DNA of 64,000 bases, taken from the NCBI GenBank assembly GCA_965198005.1, contig CBDAOI010000002.1, positions 192,001-256,000 on the forward strand. The letters run 5' to 3'. The position numbers and the translations under genes were made by a program. Below the pieces are notes generated by a model. The model saw only the letters and a program-made list of their open reading frames with translations. It was not told the DNA's origin and ran no database searches. This document shows, in pieces, positions 30,826 through 41,400 of this stretch. How positions within the stretch are numbered: position 1 is the first letter of the stretch; each line of letters starts with the position of its first letter. The DNA comes from Spirochaetia bacterium. Its GTDB lineage: Bacteria > Spirochaetota > Spirochaetia > SZUA-6 > Bin103.

Positions 30826-33800
30826 CACAGTCTCCCTGCGCGCAACAGCGCGGCGCCGCGTTCCGCCCACTCGGTGCCGGGGAACGCATCCTGCAGGCGG
30901 GTGACCACCTCGGTCGCGTCGGACACGCGGCCGGCCTGAATCATCACCTCGGTCGCCCGCACCAGGGCACCGGCCATGAGGTCGCGATTGGTCCGGGCCA
31001 GAGAGGCCGCGTCCAGGTAGAGGTCGGCGGCCACGGCCAGGTCGCCGTTCCGGCGGTGGTACTCGCCGGCCAGGTACTGCGCCTCGGCCGCGGTCTCGGT
31101 GTCGCTCCGGTAGTTCGCCACCTCTTCCAGCAGCGGCAGCGCCAACGCGCGCGGCCGGTCCGCCTCGAACACGTAGATCCGTGCCAACTCCAGGCGCGCC
31201 TCCCGCCCGGTGCGGGTCTCGGCACCGCCGGCGCTGATCGCGGCCACCAGCGGCGCCTCCTGCTCATCCACGCCCAGGGCCAGCAGCCGCACCTCCTCCA
31301 GCCGCGCGGCCGCCTCCTGACCGAGCTGATCGTCGGCATAGCGGCTCGCGAGCTCGTTCAGGTAGGTCAGCGCGCGCTGATAGTCGGCCTGTTCGATGTA
31401 GCCTTCGGCCGCTTCCTTCAGGGCATTGCGGCGGAACTGGCTGTCCGGCAGCTCGTCGATCAGCAGCTCCCACAGCAGAATGGCGCGCAGCGGCTCGCCC
31501 GCCTGCCGGCTGGCGACACCGCCCCAGTACAGGGCGCCGTCCAGCGATTGGCCGTTCGGGTAGTCGCTGCGGTAGGTCGCGAACGCATCGCGCGCGGCCG
31601 CCGCCTCGCCCTCTTCGTACAGCAACTCGGCCCGGCGGTAGCTCGCGTTCTCCGCTACCTCACTGTCCGGGTAGCTGCGCACCACGTCGGCGTAGGCGCG
31701 AATCGCGTCCCGCGAGCGCCCGGCGAGCGCCATCACGCCGGCCAGCTCGTAGGTGGCGTCGCCGCCCTCCTCGGTGCCCGGATAGCGCGTGGCGACCGCC
31801 CGGAACTGGCGTTCGGCCAGCACCAGATCGCCACTGTTGGCGTAGCTTCGTCCGGCAAACAGACCGGCGCGGGGAGCGTCATCCGAATCGCTGTTGGCGA
31901 CGCGGATGAACGCCAGCGCGGCGGCCCCGTAGTCCTCGATGCTGAAGGCGGCCTGGCCGGCGAGGAAGCCGGCGCGGTGCTCCAGCTCGTGGCCCGGGAA
32001 CTCGCCGCCGAAGCCGGCCATGAGCTGCTGCGCGGTGCGGTAGTCGCCGGTGCGGTACAGGGCGCTGGCGCGGTAGTAGTGCATGTAAGGTATGACGTGG
32101 CCAAGTCCGTGCCGATTGGCGAAGCTGGCCGAAACGCGTCCCAGGGTGGTCGCGGCCGCGCCATGCTCGCCCTGGGCGAAGTGCGCCAGACCCACCAGAT
32201 AGCTGCCGAGGATGAACGCCTGCGGTGCCCGCGCACGCAGTTCCGGAGCGCGTTCCGTCAGCACGGCCGCCTGTTCGAGCAGCCGGGGCCACGCCTCGAG
32301 CTGATACAGGAGGCGCAGATGATCAACGCGGGCGGCAATCTCATCCGGAAACCGGTTCACGTAGCCGGCCGCCTTCTGCTCGGCTGCCGTCACCTCGCCG
32401 GTGCGCCAGAGCAGGACCGTCTCCAACCGCAGGAGCTGGCCGAGCTGGGTTTCGGTGAGCGCCGCCGCCGGCGCCCGCATGGCGGTGCGCAACTCCAGCA
32501 GCGCCGCGTGGTAGTCGCCGTCGCGGTACAACGCATGCGCCAGCAGGTAGCGTGCGTTGGTCAGCTCGGCGATCGAGGCCGAGGGATCGTTTTCGTGGGC
32601 GGCGACGTAGCGCGCGTACTGCTCCGCGGCCCGCCGGTAGTCCCCCTGCCGCTGCAGCACGTCTCCGAGCCGGAGCACCAGCGGCCATGGATCGGGGCCG
32701 CCCACCGCACGCGTGGTCAGCAGCCGCTCGGCCTCCTGCAGGCTCACGACGCCATCCTCCTCGGCTTCCTCGATGTAGGTCTCGGCCAGGTAGAGCGCGG
32801 CCGCGTTGCCTATCCCGCTGGTGGGATCCAGATCGATGGCACGGTTCAGCGCCGGCCGCGCGCGATCATAGCTCCCGCGGCGCACGTTCTCGACCCCGAG
32901 GTGGAGCCAGAACGCGGCGCGCTGCCGCGAATCCTGGAAACGCCGCTCGGCAGTAAGCGTTACCTTGTCCAGGGCGTCCCGATCGCCGCGCCGTTCGGCG
33001 GCGATGAACAACCGGCGCAGCGCGACCGAAACAATGTCGTCCGGCACCTCTTCGGCGGCGACGATGGCGTTGTAGTCGGACTCGGCCGCTTCGTATTGCT
33101 CAAGCTGCCAGTATGCCTCGGCGCGGTATACCAGAAACTGCGAGCGCCAGCGCTCATCGACGCTGGCAGGATCCCGTTCGTCGGTGAGCAGCAGGAGCTG
33201 CCGGTAGCGCCCTTGCAGCGCGTACACGTACGCCAGCACGATCTCGCCGAATTCCGCCGCGGGTGGCGGCCCCGGGAGCTCCAGCAGGCGCTGCAGCGCG
33301 CTCACGGCCCCGTCCAGTGCCTGGCGGCCGACGTCGCTCTCGGAACCGACCTCCGCGGCCAGGCCGACGTCAGCCAGTCCCCGGTAGAGCAACGCCTGTG
33401 GAATGAGGTCCTGGTCGGTCGCGCTGTCGAGCGTCGCGGAGTCGAGAAACGCGGTCAGACTGGCGGAAGCCCGGTCGTGTTCCTGCAACTCGTACAGCGA
33501 GATCCCGGCCCAGAAGTTGACGAAGCGCAGGTACCTGGTGTTGCGATGGCGAACCTGCACCTGCTCGAACGAGGCGACCGCGTCGTTGTGGCGGCCGAGC
33601 TGAGCCTGTGCCACGCCCACCCGATAGGCGGCGTCGCCGGCCAACTCGGACAGCGGATAGCGCTCGATAAAGTCCTGGTAGGCCTCGAGGGCGAATGCGT
33701 AGTTGCCACCGCGGAAGCGGCGTTCAGCCTCGGCGAACAGGTCGCGCTCGGCGCTGGACGCCGCCGCCTGCACCGCCACCAGCACGCAGGCCGCGACCAA

Positions 33801-33872
33801 CCCGCGGCGCATCCACCGGAGCCACCGCCGGCCCGACTGCGCGCGCCGCGGGCTGACCGCGGCCGTGGCCAC
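30825..33872 (-). CDS. large secreted TPR-repeat protein (start uncertain, 33872 or 33812)
   Basis: Repeated 'YP.S' TPR hairpins; TGATG coupling to next gene. Confidence 0.85.
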   Translation of the reverse strand: MATAAVSPRRAQSGRRWLRWMRRGLVAACVLVAVQAAASSAERDLFAEAERRFRGGNYAFALEAYQDFIERYPLSELAGDAAYRVGVAQAQLGRHNDAVASFEQVQVRHRNTRYLRFVNFWAGISLYELQEHDRASASLTAFLDSATLDSATDQDLIPQALLYRGLADVGLAAEVGSESDVGRQALDGAVSALQRLLELPGPPPAAEFGEIVLAYVYALQGRYRQLLLLTDERDPASVDERWRSQFLVYRAEAYWQLEQYEAAESDYNAIVAAEEVPDDIVSVALRRLFIAAERRGDRDALDKVTLTAERRFQDSRQRAAFWLHLGVENVRRGSYDRARPALNRAIDLDPTSGIGNAAALYLAETYIEEAEEDGVVSLQEAERLLTTRAVGGPDPWPLVLRLGDVLQRQGDYRRAAEQYARYVAAHENDPSASIAELTNARYLLAHALYRDGDYHAALLELRTAMRAPAAALTETQLGQLLRLETVLLWRTGEVTAAEQKAAGYVNRFPDEIAARVDHLRLLYQLEAWPRLLEQAAVLTERAPELRARAPQAFILGSYLVGLAHFAQGEHGAAATTLGRVSASFANRHGLGHVIPYMHYYRASALYRTGDYRTAQQLMAGFGGEFPGHELEHRAGFLAGQAAFSIEDYGAAALAFIRVANSDSDDAPRAGLFAGRSYANSGDLVLAERQFRAVATRYPGTEEGGDATYELAGVMALAGRSRDAIRAYADVVRSYPDSEVAENASYRRAELLYEEGEAAAARDAFATYRSDYPNGQSLDGALYWGGVASRQAGEPLRAILLWELLIDELPDSQFRRNALKEAAEGYIEQADYQRALTYLNELASRYADDQLGQEAAARLEEVRLLALGVDEQEAPLVAAISAGGAETRTGREARLELARIYVFEADRPRALALPLLEEVANYRSDTETAAEAQYLAGEYHRRNGDLAVAADLYLDAASLARTNRDLMAGALVRATEVMIQAGRVSDATEVVTRLQDAFPGTEWAERGAALLRAGRL

Positions 33873-34147
33873 ATCTGTAAAGTGTTTTCGATTCGGCAGC
33901 GGCGCGCGAGCGCTGGCTGCCGTGTCCGCGGGGGCGAGCACCGCACGTTCCTCCAATGTCCCACCTGACCGGGGAGCCGGACGGCGCAACTCACCGCGCG
34001 GGCGGGGAGCGGACGCCGATTGCCGGTCCAGCAAGGTATGGTCTCCAATCTTAGTAACGGCACCTCCAAGCCGCTGCTGAAGGGCGCTTACGCTGGCGGC
34101 GTAAAGCGGCGTCGAAGACGGAGGCCGTTCGCCGGTTCGGTGGGACG

Positions 34148-35482
34148 CTACTCGCGGAACTCCACCGTGACCGGTACTTCGGAGAATCCCAGCTCGCCGC
34201 GGATGCGGTTCTCGAGAAACCGGCGGTAGGCGGCGCCGGCGCCGCGCGCACGGTTGACGAAGCATACGAACCGTACCGGGTTGGCGCCGGTCTGGGTGGC
34301 GTACTTGACGCGCACTTCGCGCCCGCGCACCGTGGGCACGTATTCTCGCGCCCAGCGCGCCAGCGCCTGGTTGAGCTTCGGCGTGGGGACCGTATGGGTG
34401 AGCTGCCGGTGCAACTCCACCACCTTGCCCAGCATGCGCTCGAGCCCGTGACCGGTTCGGCCGGACAGGGCCAGGACAGGAGCGAAGCCGAGCACCGGAA
34501 ACTGGAACCGGATCCGGTCGACCATCGCCTCCAGCAGGTTGGGCTGCGCGGCTACCAGATCCCACTTGCTCAGCGCCACCAGCACCGCCACCCCGCGGCG
34601 GATGGCCAAGGCGGCGATCCGCTTGTCCTGCTCCGCCAATCCCTGCTGCGCGTCCACCAGGAGGAGCGCGACGTCCACCTCTCCCAGCAGCGCCGCCGCG
34701 CGGTTGACCGCGTAGTACTCCACGTCGGTCGCCACCTTCGAGCGGCGGCGCATGCCGGCGGTATCCACCACCTCGAGCGGCGTGTCGCGGAACACGAGCC
34801 GGCCGATCACCGGGTCGCGGGTCGTGCCGGGCAAGCCGCTGACCAGCGCGCGCTCCTCGCCCAGCAGGCGGTTGAGGAGGGTCGACTTGCCGGTATTGGG
34901 CCTGCCGGCGATCGCCAGCCGGACCGCGCCGTCCACGCCGCCGCCGGTGCGTCCGGGTGCGCGCGCGGCCGCAGGATCGGGCGGCCGCGCCGGCAGTCGG
35001 GCCGCCAGCTCCTCCAGCAATGCCGAGATGTTGCGTCCGTGGGCGGCGGACACCGGCACCACCGTACGGTAACCGAGACGATGAAACTCCCAGGCGGCGT
35101 CCTGGCGCGCCGCGTGGTCGACCTTGTTCACCACTACCACGACCCGGTCGCTCGCCGGCCGCAGTTGCCGAGCCAGCTCCTCGTCTTCCGGCATCAGGCC
35201 GGTCACGTCGACCACGAACAACACCACGGCGGCCCCGGCGACCCGACCGAGCGCGCGTACGCCGACCGCCTCGCCGAGCGCATCCACCGGCGCGCCGATG
35301 CCGCCGGTATCCACCAGCCGCACGTTCCTGCCGGCCAGCTCACAATGTTCCTCCACCGTGTCGCGGGTTACCCCCGGGGTGGCGGCGGTAATGGCGCGCC
35401 GGCGCGCCAGCAGCCGATTGAACAGGGTCGACTTCCCGACGTTCGGGCGGCCCACGATCGCTACCAGCTCCAACCTTTCCAT
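34148..35482 (-). CDS. der: ribosome biogenesis GTPase Der/EngA
   Basis: Two GRPNxGKSTL GTPase domains and KH-like tail. Confidence 0.97.
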   Translation of the reverse strand: MERLELVAIVGRPNVGKSTLFNRLLARRRAITAATPGVTRDTVEEHCELAGRNVRLVDTGGIGAPVDALGEAVGVRALGRVAGAAVVLFVVDVTGLMPEDEELARQLRPASDRVVVVVNKVDHAARQDAAWEFHRLGYRTVVPVSAAHGRNISALLEELAARLPARPPDPAAARAPGRTGGGVDGAVRLAIAGRPNTGKSTLLNRLLGEERALVSGLPGTTRDPVIGRLVFRDTPLEVVDTAGMRRRSKVATDVEYYAVNRAAALLGEVDVALLLVDAQQGLAEQDKRIAALAIRRGVAVLVALSKWDLVAAQPNLLEAMVDRIRFQFPVLGFAPVLALSGRTGHGLERMLGKVVELHRQLTHTVPTPKLNQALARWAREYVPTVRGREVRVKYATQTGANPVRFVCFVNRARGAGAAYRRFLENRIRGELGFSEVPVTVEFRE

Positions 35483-35610
35483 CGTGCCTCACCCCAACAT
35501 GGAGTCGGCGCCCGCGTCAAACCGGTTGCCGGTCCGCCACTGCCCGCCCGCCCGGAGTGCCCGGTTCAACCTGGCGCGGGCGCATGCCGATTGTCTAGAC
35601 GAGACCCGGC

Positions 35611-36501
35611 ATGGCGAGAACACGGAGCAGGCCCCAGCCGAAGCAGCAGAAGAAGGCATCGCTCGGGATGCTGTTCTGGACCGCGTTCATGCTGCTCACT
35701 TTCGTGGTCTTCCTGTCGAATCGGACCACCATCTACGACGTGCTGGAGCGCACCGACCTGGTAGCCGTGCTGCAGCGCTCGTTCCAGCGTTCGGTGGAGG
35801 GCACGCTGGGGCGCGGAGACCCGCCGGCGGCCGCGGATGACCATCTGCTCCACCGGCCGGAGTCGCCATCGGCGGCGCAGCCGTCCCGGCCTCCGAACGA
35901 GCAGCCGGCGCCGCGCCGCGTGCCGGAGCCGGACCGGGGGTCCGCAACGCCTCAGCCAACCGCGCCGGAGCGGACACTCCCGCCGGATCGGGCACCCGCA
36001 CCCGAGCGCGCACCCGCGCCGGAGCCGGCCGCGGCGGCCCCGGCTGCGGGCGAGCCGGAATCCCGGCCGGCGCTGGTGCAGTCCAGCCGGCGCATCTTCT
36101 TCGTGAACGTCACCGAAGCGGGGAGGGTCGCCGTGCGCGGCGTCAACCGCACCATCGCCGACTCGGGCGCGCCGCTGTCCGCCACCCTGGCCACGCTGTT
36201 CGCCGGTCCGGACACCCTGGAGATGAGCCAGGGATTGATCACCCTGATCCCGCGCGACGTGACCCTCAACCGGGTCTACGTCACCGAACGGATCGCCTAC
36301 GTCGACGTCGACGAGAGCTTTCGCTTCAACCCCCTCGGCCGGGACGGGCTCAACGCCCAGCTCCAACAGGTGGTGTTCTCGGCAACCGAGTTTCCCACCG
36401 TCCAGTTGGTCCAGATCCTGATCGACGGCCGCCGCGTGAACTACCTGGGACCGGAAGGAATCTTCATCGGCGAGCCGATCGGCCGCGAAGCGTTCCAGTA
36501 G
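35611..36501 (+). CDS. GerMN domain protein
   Basis: TM, Pro-rich linker, LFAGP...LITLIP...AYVD...QVVFSATEFPTVQLVQILIDG. Confidence 0.85.
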   Translation: MARTRSRPQPKQQKKASLGMLFWTAFMLLTFVVFLSNRTTIYDVLERTDLVAVLQRSFQRSVEGTLGRGDPPAAADDHLLHRPESPSAAQPSRPPNEQPAPRRVPEPDRGSATPQPTAPERTLPPDRAPAPERAPAPEPAAAAPAAGEPESRPALVQSSRRIFFVNVTEAGRVAVRGVNRTIADSGAPLSATLATLFAGPDTLEMSQGLITLIPRDVTLNRVYVTERIAYVDVDESFRFNPLGRDGLNAQLQQVVFSATEFPTVQLVQILIDGRRVNYLGPEGIFIGEPIGREAFQ

Positions 36502-37444
36502 CGCCCCAAGACCGCCGCCTGTCGGCATCGTTCGCACTCAGACGACCCCCACCACCCCTCAGCCGTGGGTCGAGCAGATCCCGCACCGCGTCGCCGAACA
36601 TGTTGAGGCAGTACACGACAATCGTCAGGCAAAGACCCGGCCAGAGAGCCAGGCGTGGCGCCATCTCCATGTATTCACGCCCTTCCCGGCTGAGCATACC
36701 TCCCCAGTCAGGAATCCCGGAAGGCAGACCGAATCCGAGGAAGCTCAGAGAAGCCGCAGAGATAATCACCCCACCGACGTTGATGCTGAAGACGATGATG
36801 ATCGGTGCCATGATATTAGGCAGGACATGGCGAGTCAGGATTTGACCCGTGGGCGTGCCCACGGCCCGGGCGGCCTGAAAATAGTCATTCTCTTTGAGGC
36901 CGATCACCGCGCCTCGCATGATTCGAGAACCGCCGATGCCTCCTGATATCCCCAGGACCAGTATTATCTGTAACAACCCCTGACCCACTAGACTCATTAT
37001 GGTCAACAACAGGAGCAGTCCCGGGAAAGATATCCAGGCATCGACAAATCTCTGCACAACCAGGTCCAATTTGCCACCAAGGAATCCTGAAATGCCGCCT
37101 ATCAGGGTACTGACCATAACATTGAGAGTGGTCGCCGCCAGACCGACCAGTAAGGAAAGACGAGCACCCTGGATAAGGCGGCTCAAGAGGTCTCGCCCCG
37201 CCTGGTCGGTACCCAGCAGATACCGGGCTGATGAGCCCTGCAGCCTGTCTACGAGGTGTATCTCGTCATATGGATAAGGAGCCAGAACATCGGCAAAGAT
37301 CCCCACCAGGATCAAGAGCAAGACGACCATCCCGCAGGCAGTACCCAGAGGCTTCTCCGTCCACAACCTGATGAAGAAATCGGCCAGCCCTGCACGTCTC
37401 TTTTGCTCGCTTACTGCCGATGCTATCCCTGTGGCGTCGCCCAT
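36464..37444 (-). CDS. peptide/nickel ABC permease (DppC/OppC-like), operon 1
   Basis: LLGTDQAGRDLLSR, RHVLPN, GDAVRDLLDPR. Confidence 0.93.
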   Translation of the reverse strand: MGDATGIASAVSEQKRRAGLADFFIRLWTEKPLGTACGMVVLLLILVGIFADVLAPYPYDEIHLVDRLQGSSARYLLGTDQAGRDLLSRLIQGARLSLLVGLAATTLNVMVSTLIGGISGFLGGKLDLVVQRFVDAWISFPGLLLLLTIMSLVGQGLLQIILVLGISGGIGGSRIMRGAVIGLKENDYFQAARAVGTPTGQILTRHVLPNIMAPIIIVFSINVGGVIISAASLSFLGFGLPSGIPDWGGMLSREGREYMEMAPRLALWPGLCLTIVVYCLNMFGDAVRDLLDPRLRGGGGRLSANDADRRRSWGATGTLRGRSARR

Positions 37445-37462
37445 ATTCCCGGTTCCCCCCCC

Positions 37463-38464
37463 TTATCTATAACGGACCCTGGGGTCTAAATAAGGATAAA
37501 TCAGGTCGGTAAGTAGAATGCTAAGCATAACTACGGTGCCGAAAAACAGGTTTACTCCGGAGACCACCAGGTAGTCTCTTCTATCGAGGGCATCCAGAAA
37601 TAAACGACCTAGCCCCGGCAGGTTGAATATGTTCTCTATGATAACGGAGCCACCTACCAGGATCGGCAACTGCAGGCCGATCAGCGACACCACCGGGATG
37701 AGGGCATTTTTGATGGCGTGTCTGATAATAACTACCCTCTCCTTGAGACCCTTGGCCCAGGCGGTCCTGATATAGTCCTGCCGGAGCACCTCCAGCATCA
37801 TGGTGCGTGTCATCCGCATGGTGCTTGCAGCACCGGCCGTCCCCAGGATCAGGCTGGGAATGATGAGCACCGCGAGATTCCCCAGGGGATCTTCCGTGAA
37901 AGGAACCCACGTCGTCGGTGGCGCCCAGCCCCACCAGATGGCCGGGAAGATCATGACCATGAGGGCCAGCCAGAAGTTAGGCGTTGCCAGGCCGATGACG
38001 GCGATAGAGCGCCCCGCGTAGTCGGCGACCGTATCCTGGCGAATCGCCGAGTAGATGCCGACCGGCAGGGCTATCGCTAGCCCGATTACGATTGACAACA
38101 AACCAAGCTCAATGGTTACCGGCAATCTACCTAATATCTCCTCCTCTATCGGCAAAGGGCTGCCCCACATTGATTCGCCAAGGGTGCCCTGGAGGATACC
38201 GTTGAAGTGGGACTCCTTGGTAATCGGGTCAGGGGTTGGCAACGCTCCTATCCAGCGTCCATACTGCACGTAGACAGGCACGTCTAATCCAAGCATACGC
38301 TCAAAAGCTTCACGGTCAACCTCCCCGTAGTAGTGTTCCATCTGACCCACCATCACGTCTATTATATCGCCGGGGATGAAGCGGACCGCGAGAAAGACCA
38401 GGATGGTCAATATAAACAGGGTGGGGATTATCAGCAATAACCGCCTGATGATATAGGCTCTCAG
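37463..38464 (-). CDS. peptide/nickel ABC permease (DppB/OppB-like), operon 1; apparent CTG start
   Basis: (L)RAYIIRRLL, QDYIRTAWAKGL, LDPRVRY; AAGGAGGAG SD 7 nt before CTG. Confidence 0.92.
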   Translation of the reverse strand: MRAYIIRRLLLIIPTLFILTILVFLAVRFIPGDIIDVMVGQMEHYYGEVDREAFERMLGLDVPVYVQYGRWIGALPTPDPITKESHFNGILQGTLGESMWGSPLPIEEEILGRLPVTIELGLLSIVIGLAIALPVGIYSAIRQDTVADYAGRSIAVIGLATPNFWLALMVMIFPAIWWGWAPPTTWVPFTEDPLGNLAVLIIPSLILGTAGAASTMRMTRTMMLEVLRQDYIRTAWAKGLKERVVIIRHAIKNALIPVVSLIGLQLPILVGGSVIIENIFNLPGLGRLFLDALDRRDYLVVSGVNLFFGTVVMLSILLTDLIYPYLDPRVRYR

Positions 38465-38498
38465 CTCACACTCCTCCTTGTCATTGCCAACCCTCTTT

Positions 38499-38980
38499 TG
38501 TCATTGCGGTATATATCCCAACCCCGTATCAGGTACGGGGCAGGCTCCCGTCATTCCCGCGAAAGCGGGAATCCACCTTCCCCCGTCATTGCGGTGAAAA
38601 CCGCAATCCAGTCCCATCTCCATCCCCTTGCCCGGCTGGCGCGGCACTCTCTAAGGTGCGAACGACCCCTGCCAAGAAACTCGCCTCTCACCGTTTTGGG
38701 GAGTCCAGAGGGGTGAAACCCCTCTGAAACGGGGGTTCAAGGGGGTGTCCCCCTTGATTCCCCTGTCCAGGGTTCAAGGATCACTCGATAGAACACCTGT
38801 AGCCCATCGTTGGTGAAGGCCCCATCCCCCTGTATCCCCCTTTCCCGTCATTCCCAGCCTTGTCCTGAACGAAGTTGAAGGGCGAAAGCGGGAATCCAGA
38901 GTAATTTCAAATGGTTGCGTTTTCTGGATTCCGGGTCTTCGCCCGGAATGACAGTAAGAAGGCGCGCCTCGCAATGACAT
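38499..38980. repeat. cluster of REP-like palindromes (GTCATTCCCGCGAAAGCGGGAATCC type and variants)
   Basis: Several GTCATT...AATCC hairpins and AGAGGGGTGAAACCCCTCT between SBP and permease genes. Confidence 0.75.
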
Positions 38981-39055
38981 GGTGTATGGGAGCCGGGAGG
39001 CTTGAGCCTCCCAGCTCCCTTTTTCCCTAAGGTCAGCCACAAGGGGATGAAACCC

Positions 39056-40852
39056 CTAATGACCCATTGCTTTCTTTAGCTCACTATCAATCCAGAGGCG
39101 GGCGAAGAAGTTATCTTGGTGACCGGTTCCCAACCAGACTTCACCGTTATAACCCATGACCCACGGCTGGGTTACGTTCCACTGTGAGATTTCGCCACCC
39201 CATATGGTCCAGTGCCTCTCTATCCCTAACATAGCTGCCTCTCTAGTCAGCCTCTGCGCCTCCTCAAGGGTGTCAGCTTTCTGAAACGCTTCGTACATGG
39301 CGTCATAATCCGGGTCGTTCACTGCGGAAGAGTTCCATGACATCGTCGACACGTACTGCCTTGGAAAGCCACCACTAGGCTTGTACCTGTTGGCTGCTGA
39401 CGTAGACCTCATTTCAAAAAGTCGGCTCGTTCCTTTAGCGGCCCACTCAGGTATTGGCGGTACCTGAACCTCGACATCAACGCCAATCTCACCCCAGTAT
39501 GCAGCGCACAACCCTGCAAAGGTCTCATCGTACCGCGAGAAGTGGCTCAACACGGTCTTGAAGCGAATGCCGTCCGCGCCGCGAGGATACCCAGCCGCAT
39601 CAAGCAACGCTTCTGCACCTGCCGGGTCATAGGTATAGAATTTCTTGACCTCTTCGGGCCACTCTTCAAATGGGGTGCTCCACCCTTTCATATCATCGGC
39701 AATCTGCCCCTGAGGTCTGGTAGATCCATAACCCTTATAGTAGGTAGCGTAAATTGTCTCAAGGTCGAGTGCCATCTGCATTGCCTGGCGCACCCTGATG
39801 TCGTCAAAGGGCGGATTATTCACGTTCATACCAAAAGAATTATTCGACCGAAAAAGATACTTCCACAACACGATTTCGGGGTTGGTCCGCTGGAGACTCT
39901 CTAGCTGGTCGATAGACCTTATTGGAACGTCGCCGTTTTGACCCATGTAATCAAGCTTACCCGTGCGCAGTGCCGCCAGGCGTGTCGCTGGCACTGGCAT
40001 AACCAGGCCCACTAACTTGTCAATATAGGGCAAGCGGTTCTCCGGGTATTTTTCGTCGTAGGCCCAGTAGTCAGGGTTCTTGGTATAGGTGGTAGAGGTG
40101 TCCTCGACCACGTTAGTCAGCTCATAGGGCCCAGTGCCGACCAGGTTCCGCCAGTCCTTAGCGTCTCCGTGTTCCTTGATTACCTCGGGGGGATATATCC
40201 AAACAGCCCATTGGTCGATGATATTGTCTATCGCAAAGAGGGATGGCTCATTCAGCTTAAACTCAACCGTCCATTTGTCGGTGGCCGTTACCGATTCGAC
40301 TATTGATGTGTCCCAGTAACGGTTGGGGGACGGTTCGGTAAAGCCACTGCCCAGACCATAATAACGGTGATAGTTCCATTCAACGTCATAGGCATCGAAC
40401 TCCCGACCGTTCATCGGCGCCTTATCGTGCCAGTGAACGCCCTGGCGGATTTTGAAGACATAAGTCAGCGGGTCGGGTTGCTCCCAGCTTTCCGCCAGAG
40501 CCCCTTTTAGGGCCCATGGAGGAGAGCTCTGATCATTCCAGGCATATTCTTCTCTATCTATTCCCCAGTCGCCGATGCTTAGCTTCTCTAGAACGGGGGT
40601 GATAAAGGAAGTGGTCACACTGCCACCGTGGAACCAAATGTCAGTACTCTCAGCCATGGTCAACTCGGCATGGGTGAGTGTCCCGCCATACTCTGGCGCG
40701 GTGAACACCCTGCCGCTGGTGGGGTCGGTGACATACCTCTTGTCGGCAGCGGCTGCCGGCTCCTCATCTGCGCCAGCGGCCCAGAGGCCGGTCGCGCTCA
40801 TTACGAGGACCAACGCAAACGCGAAGGTCATTCTAATTCTTACAATATTCAT
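39056..40852 (-). CDS. family 5 ABC substrate-binding protein, operon 1
   Basis: Signal peptide, PEYGGTL, LAESWE, GTGPY, DIRVRQAM. Confidence 0.93.
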   Translation of the reverse strand: MNIVRIRMTFAFALVLVMSATGLWAAGADEEPAAAADKRYVTDPTSGRVFTAPEYGGTLTHAELTMAESTDIWFHGGSVTTSFITPVLEKLSIGDWGIDREEYAWNDQSSPPWALKGALAESWEQPDPLTYVFKIRQGVHWHDKAPMNGREFDAYDVEWNYHRYYGLGSGFTEPSPNRYWDTSIVESVTATDKWTVEFKLNEPSLFAIDNIIDQWAVWIYPPEVIKEHGDAKDWRNLVGTGPYELTNVVEDTSTTYTKNPDYWAYDEKYPENRLPYIDKLVGLVMPVPATRLAALRTGKLDYMGQNGDVPIRSIDQLESLQRTNPEIVLWKYLFRSNNSFGMNVNNPPFDDIRVRQAMQMALDLETIYATYYKGYGSTRPQGQIADDMKGWSTPFEEWPEEVKKFYTYDPAGAEALLDAAGYPRGADGIRFKTVLSHFSRYDETFAGLCAAYWGEIGVDVEVQVPPIPEWAAKGTSRLFEMRSTSAANRYKPSGGFPRQYVSTMSWNSSAVNDPDYDAMYEAFQKADTLEEAQRLTREAAMLGIERHWTIWGGEISQWNVTQPWVMGYNGEVWLGTGHQDNFFARLWIDSELKKAMGH

Positions 40853-40942
40853 ACGTTTCTCCGTATGTAGATTTTTCGAGAGTATTGCGGAGCGGCCGGC
40901 CGCTCCCTGGCTACTCTCACGCGCGCAACGCTTGCTGCCAGT

Positions 40943-41043
40943 CTGAGTCAATACTGAAAGCGCGCGGCGTGTGACTCAGCGGGTTCACCCCGGCTCACGC
41001 CGCGCGCGCGTGCGGTTCTTTCAGTATCATCTTCACCTCCTTC
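40943..41043 (-). promoter_or_regulatory. 11-codon uORF with strong SD and alternative hairpins upstream of SBP1
   Basis: AAGGAGGTGA-AG-ATG (41030), MILKEPHARAA*; long stem 40951-41027; competing stem 40943-40979. Confidence 0.45.
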
Positions 41044-41400
41044 TTGGGGCACAGGGTGCCCTGCCAGACGGCTGACGTAAGATGGGATCCGCGTGCGCGC
41101 CCCATCATGCAAGCACCGACCGCTCCGCGGACCCACACTGGGTGGTGGTCGGCGCAGCAGCGAATCTGAATGGCCGGCAACGCCGGGGGTGAGTTTGCCG
41201 GCAGTCAGTCGCGGGCGGGGATCCGGGACGGTTGCGGTCGCCGGGAAGGGCGCGGGCGGCCCGCATGCCGGTTCGGCGATGGACCAAGCCGGCGCCACCG
41301 ATAGCTACGGCGGTGGTGAAGGCGACGGCGTGCGCGGGGGCACGTACGGGGCGATCAGCCGGAGCGGTTAGATGTTTCTCGGTTCGACAAAGTGGTGGTT

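Noticed and set aside
30792-33968. 1058-aa plus-strand ORF and the many other long antisense or overlapping ORFs
   Set aside because: Shadow frames of high-GC genes with no motifs; the opposite strand encodes recognisable proteins.
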